A program made the position numbers and the translations under genes. The notes beneath the pieces were generated by a model. It was not told where the DNA came from and made no database searches. It saw only the letters and a list, made by a program, of their open reading frames with translations. A stretch of DNA of 32,000 bases from Halomicronema hongdechloris C2206 (lineage in GTDB: Bacteria > Cyanobacteriota > Cyanobacteriia > Phormidesmidales > Phormidesmidaceae): positions 5,160,001 to 5,192,000 of the forward strand of contig NZ_CP021983.2 in the NCBI RefSeq assembly GCF_002075285.3, written 5' to 3'. Below, in pieces: positions 28,483 through 32,000 of the stretch (its first letter is position 1; every line of letters begins with the position of its first letter).

Positions 28483-30115
28483 TTATTATTTCAAAATTTA
28501 TATTATTTTCTAATTTTACATCAGATGAAAAATTTATGGCGTTGTCGCCTTTACTTACATTATTGCTGACAATGTTATGATTTCCTCCTAGACTGGCTTT
28601 AATCAAAATACTGCCGTTTAATATGTTTTGATTGATTTGTACACCATGCATTTGTCCAGGCTTCTGATTTGTGTCTGCATTCACGTATATTAATTCTGTG
28701 TCCGTGATGTTTGACAAAAGTTGATTACCAAGAATCATAACGTTCATAATATCAGGAATTTTGTATAGCCCAATGTAACTGTTGCCAACGTTTTGCTTAA
28801 TACTGACCCCTTTTACTTTTGTGCCTCCACAGCACTCTTGAATAAGAATCCCCTCACCATCAATGCTTTGATTTGAGGTATTACTAAGGAAATGTCGATA
28901 AACTTGGTAAGTATTTCCCTCTATAATGACATTCCAACCAGACCAATCAATCGCTCGGTTCTCATAAGTAATATTCGGTGGTATTCGATCTGAATCATTC
29001 AGATAAGGTGGTCCTAGTCCCCATCTATCTGTGTACCAGCGTTTATCGGCCTTATCAAGGACAATATTATCCTTAATAACTAAACCATCACCAGAAGCAT
29101 GAATACCAACACTCATGGTGTGATAAACCCAATTATTTCGAATTATAATCCTCTTCCTAAATAAACCCTTCTCTTTTTCAGGAGTTGCTAATGGCTCAAA
29201 GAGAATAGAGCCATTCTTAAAGCGGTTGACGCTAATGCCGTAATGATTAGTGTAATTAAAGGGAACCTTCCAGCCTTCTGCCAAAACTTCTACAGAGCCA
29301 TTCTTACGCTGTATCTGATAGTTATCTTGTTCAAAGCTGTCAGTAATATTATCGTTCAGACGATTATTTGCAATCAGGACATTACTCTTTGCTGTAACTT
29401 TGATATTGGCTGACAGCAGGTCAGAGAACCGTAGCCATGGCGACTGAAACTCAAGATTAGGGACATATGGGTTGGGTGTAGCTACATTGTTTTGGCGAAT
29501 GCCATAGATAACGATATTGCTATTCTGAGACTCGTCAATATTGTTTCCAAAAGTTACCGCAGCACGATTAATATCGAGATTAATCAACCCTATATTTCTA
29601 TCAATGTCTGGGTTCGTAGTTCTGATAGTTTTAAAGGCTGTCTTATTAGGTGTCCCCGTACCAGATTGAACAGGCTGATATTGAGGGAAAATTAATTTGG
29701 TCCGAGGTGAATAGCTATCATTTTTAGCATCTTGTAGTATTGGAGACGCTCCCCGTATTACAATACCTTCCTTCAAAACTAAGTCTTCTTCGAAGATGTA
29801 GGTACCTGCAGGTAAGAAAATAACTCCACCTCCTCGTGTGTAGGCAATATCCCGTGCCAAGTTAAAACGTTCTTGATCAGAACTTCCTGAAAAATCTTCA
29901 ATATTATATACACATGACCATGGCAAGGAGTTGGTCCAGCTATATTCAGGGTATTGGTGTGCAAGTGGATTGTTGGTTGGTCCACCAAGATAACTACCAC
30001 AGGCTGTGTCCTGGTATCCTATGCGACAGTTAATCAGCACAACAAACACGAAGACGAGTACTAAAGCACCTCTAATCTTCCATGTATATGCGTTGTTCTT
30101 TTGCCTCACGGTCAT
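28472..30115 (-). CDS. Secreted right-handed parallel beta-helix (PbH1 repeat, pectate-lyase-superfamily-like) protein
   Basis: Signal peptide MTVRQKNNAYTWKIRGALVLVFVFVVLINC. N-terminal cap block ARDIAYTRGGGVIFLPAGTYIFEEDLVLKEGIVIRG. Repeated coil motifs are present (NIVIYGIRQNNV; NVLIANNRLNDN; IIIRNNWVYH; LVIKDNIVLD; VIIEGNTY; VSIKQNVG; VMILGNQLLSN; VQINQNILNG; NIVSNNVSKG). The start is chosen at ATG 30115; the ORF is open up to 30490. Confidence 0.85.
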   Translation of the reverse strand: MTVRQKNNAYTWKIRGALVLVFVFVVLINCRIGYQDTACGSYLGGPTNNPLAHQYPEYSWTNSLPWSCVYNIEDFSGSSDQERFNLARDIAYTRGGGVIFLPAGTYIFEEDLVLKEGIVIRGASPILQDAKNDSYSPRTKLIFPQYQPVQSGTGTPNKTAFKTIRTTNPDIDRNIGLINLDINRAAVTFGNNIDESQNSNIVIYGIRQNNVATPNPYVPNLEFQSPWLRFSDLLSANIKVTAKSNVLIANNRLNDNITDSFEQDNYQIQRKNGSVEVLAEGWKVPFNYTNHYGISVNRFKNGSILFEPLATPEKEKGLFRKRIIIRNNWVYHTMSVGIHASGDGLVIKDNIVLDKADKRWYTDRWGLGPPYLNDSDRIPPNITYENRAIDWSGWNVIIEGNTYQVYRHFLSNTSNQSIDGEGILIQECCGGTKVKGVSIKQNVGNSYIGLYKIPDIMNVMILGNQLLSNITDTELIYVNADTNQKPGQMHGVQINQNILNGSILIKASLGGNHNIVSNNVSKGDNAINFSSDVKLENNINFEIINLK

Positions 30116-31406
30116 TGCAATCAACCCTTTCGCTGTTACCCGAGGTAGTATTTGGACCCAACCCAAGATATTATGTGTATTCGCTATTGTCATCCTGCAC
30201 CTTCTAATCCTCTTTAAGGAACGGCAGCCAATAAGGCGTCCTAACCAGTGGAAGTTACAAGTATTTGGTTGGCTGGCCTTACTGGCTTCAGGTATTATCT
30301 CAACCCTACTGAGTCCATTTCCTAGCCGTTCTTTCTTTGGCCATAGTATTACCGCTGATGGATGGCTGTATTGGTTATTAATAGCAGGCTTTGTACTCAC
30401 AAACAGCCTGGTTTTGAAGCAATATCCTCGTCTATTTCTCTGGCAGCTTAGAGGAATTCTAGTTGGCGCGACGCTGGTAGCATTAAGCATGTATCCCCAG
30501 TTTTTGAACTGGAAATTAGACTATACAGCTGATTCAGGACAACTTTGGCCTGGCACTGAACACGTATTGGCTACTGGCATCTATCAGGATCACCAGCCAG
30601 TTGGGTTATACTCGCATCGGGGTTACGCAAGCTTTGCCTTAGCCATTGCATCAGTTCTATCTCTGGTAGCCCTGAAAAAGCAATGGCTTTCTGCTCGAGT
30701 AGCACTTCCTTTGACTGCACTCCATGCAATAACGCTTAGTCTGGCTCGGGTCAGAGGTGCCATGCTTGCGATGCTTTTAGCCTGGCTCTGGCTCGCTTGG
30801 ACCACACCCCGGCGTCGGTCTACGCAGCAACTGATCATCGCTTTGAGCTTAATAGGCCTATTAAGTTTTGGTTGGACTACGATGGAGCGACGAGTTATCA
30901 ATGCTGATTTCTACGCTTCTACGCCATTCAGAGTAGCTCTCAAGCATTTTACCTCTGATAGAATATTTCTATGGCAGAAAGCTTGGCAAGGTATCCTGAA
31001 ACGCCCTTGGTTCGGTTGGGGCTTCAGCGGCTATTCCATTGCAGATACATACTATCTGTGTCCTGAGGGAACAGAACCAGTTATTTTAGAGGACTACTTC
31101 ACGCATTGTCAGCTAGAGACTGGTGAAACCGTTCAGGTTTCTGCCAAAGCAATTCATGCCCACAATGTTTTCTTAGACAAGTACATAGCACTGGGCGTAG
31201 TTGGAGCAAGCATCTACCTTGTTCTCATGAGCTACTATGCTTTAGCCGTACTTAAGGCCAAACCAGAGATATTAGCCTTGGTGATCACATATGCTAGCTA
31301 TATGCTTACCTGGTATGATTGTGGACAACTCAGTCATTTAGGTTGGTGGGCACTCAGCATTCAAACTAGTCTTCGGCACACTTCGGTTATTAATAACGAC
31401 CACTGA
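30006..31406 (+). CDS. O-antigen ligase / Wzy-like polytopic membrane protein
   Basis: 466-aa ORF with at least 10 hydrophobic helices, a periplasmic-loop-like segment and the HAHNVFLD block typical of Wzy_C domains. The start is GTG 30006 or ATG 30021. Confidence 0.82.
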   Translation: MSWYPMRQLISTTNTKTSTKAPLIFHVYALFFCLTVIAINPFAVTRGSIWTQPKILCVFAIVILHLLILFKERQPIRRPNQWKLQVFGWLALLASGIISTLLSPFPSRSFFGHSITADGWLYWLLIAGFVLTNSLVLKQYPRLFLWQLRGILVGATLVALSMYPQFLNWKLDYTADSGQLWPGTEHVLATGIYQDHQPVGLYSHRGYASFALAIASVLSLVALKKQWLSARVALPLTALHAITLSLARVRGAMLAMLLAWLWLAWTTPRRRSTQQLIIALSLIGLLSFGWTTMERRVINADFYASTPFRVALKHFTSDRIFLWQKAWQGILKRPWFGWGFSGYSIADTYYLCPEGTEPVILEDYFTHCQLETGETVQVSAKAIHAHNVFLDKYIALGVVGASIYLVLMSYYALAVLKAKPEILALVITYASYMLTWYDCGQLSHLGWWALSIQTSLRHTSVINNDH

Positions 31407-31599
31407 TATGCTCTCTAGGTGTCCCACTATCGCATGGGCACATGGATCTAGTTTCAAGGCTAACCATAAATCGCTTATCAGGTTTGATTCTGGCGTTAGT
31501 TAACTACTGAAGTAAGTGTATACTAGTTACTATGGTAGAAAAGTTGCGAATAAGTCTTACACTTATCCACCCCTAAGTCGCTAGATAGATAACTGTTTG

Positions 31600-32000
31600 A
31601 TGAGTCAGCACTTGTCAGATTCTGCTGCAACGGTTCAAGGATTGCTAAACCTTATCTTCTCAGAAGAAGAAGATATTGAAAATTTGCAGAATCAGTGCAT
31701 CTTAAATCAAGAAAAGTACGATCAGAAGGCATCCCTAGAGTTAGAATTTCATAGGAGTAAAGATGAAGTAGAAATCCCGGAAGACCAAAAAGAAATAGTC
31801 TGGTACCAAATTCGAAAAGAACTATCTGAGCTTCTGGATGAAATAAAACTACTGGAATATTCCATTACTTCTAAGCAGGAAATTATTGCCATTCTATGTG
31901 GCAGCATCCTCGAGATCGCGAAATATGGAATGATGGTTAATTATTCTAGATTAAGCGAATGTCCTGATGTAAGATTTATCGGAAAAGAGTCAATTAAAAA
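31600..32000 (+). CDS. Orphan ORF truncated by the window end
   Basis: Not in the supplied track. ATG 31600 (in-frame stop at 31582) is open for 133 codons to the window edge: MSQHLSDSAATVQGLLNLIFSEEEDIENLQNQ...ILCGSILEIAKYGMMVNYSRLSE. AT-rich like the rest of the island. Confidence 0.5.
   Translation, partial: MSQHLSDSAATVQGLLNLIFSEEEDIENLQNQCILNQEKYDQKASLELEFHRSKDEVEIPEDQKEIVWYQIRKELSELLDEIKLLEYSITSKQEIIAILCGSILEIAKYGMMVNYSRLSECPDVRFIGKESIK

Larger units (their letters stand above)
25798..32000. other. Low-GC, HIP1-free accessory island (right end not in window)
   Basis: Spot counts of 60-nt lines give about 30-45% GC here against about 55-65% to the left. Codons are A/T-ending and there is no HIP1. 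The genes are orphan or surface-polysaccharide related. Confidence 0.75.

Noticed and set aside
30116-30490. 125-codon extension of the beta-helix ORF
   Set aside because: It runs antisense through the Wzy-like membrane domain and is Arg/Cys-rich. The signal peptide begins only at Met126 (ATG 30115). ATG 30193 remains a less likely alternative start.

Overview
This is a cyanobacterial chromosomal window: I count 14 copies of the HIP1 octamer GCGATCGC by eye, and several gene families are typical of cyanobacteria.

Positions 1 to ~25.8 kb are GC-rich core genome:
- an MlaE-type permease
- a tandem active/inactive M16 peptidase pair
- an orphan family-3 solute-binding protein with no signal peptide
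- a minus-strand membrane cluster (DUF4178, a membrane-fused spermidine-synthase-like enzyme and two uncharacterised membrane proteins) with a divergent DUF350 gene
- aspS, an adenosine-deaminase-family gene, a frameshifted GNAT acetyltransferase, purA and rplY/ctc
- an APH-kinase/P-loop fusion, YdcF/DUF218, DUF928 and a class I glutamine amidotransferase

Three intergenic gaps (about 13.5, 15.7 and 23.0-23.5 kb) carry same-orientation copies of a modular, hairpin-rich repeat. Each copy is preceded by purine-rich heptamer tandem arrays. One hairpin is an exact loop-flipped version of its counterpart in another copy.

At ~25.8 kb the composition drops sharply into a low-GC, HIP1-free island that runs off the right edge. 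The island holds:
- a translationally coupled three-gene orphan operon (secreted Cys protein, cytoplasmic protein, secreted protein with a PD...DxK-like motif)
- a secreted parallel beta-helix protein and a Wzy/O-antigen-ligase-like membrane protein whose 5' coding ends overlap antisense
- a decayed 116-bp duplicate of that junction about 2 kb away
- a truncated orphan ORF

The island operon and the repeat family are the best candidates for undescribed biology. All functional calls come from motif recognition by eye. No database search or computation was run, and DUF names are recalled from memory.
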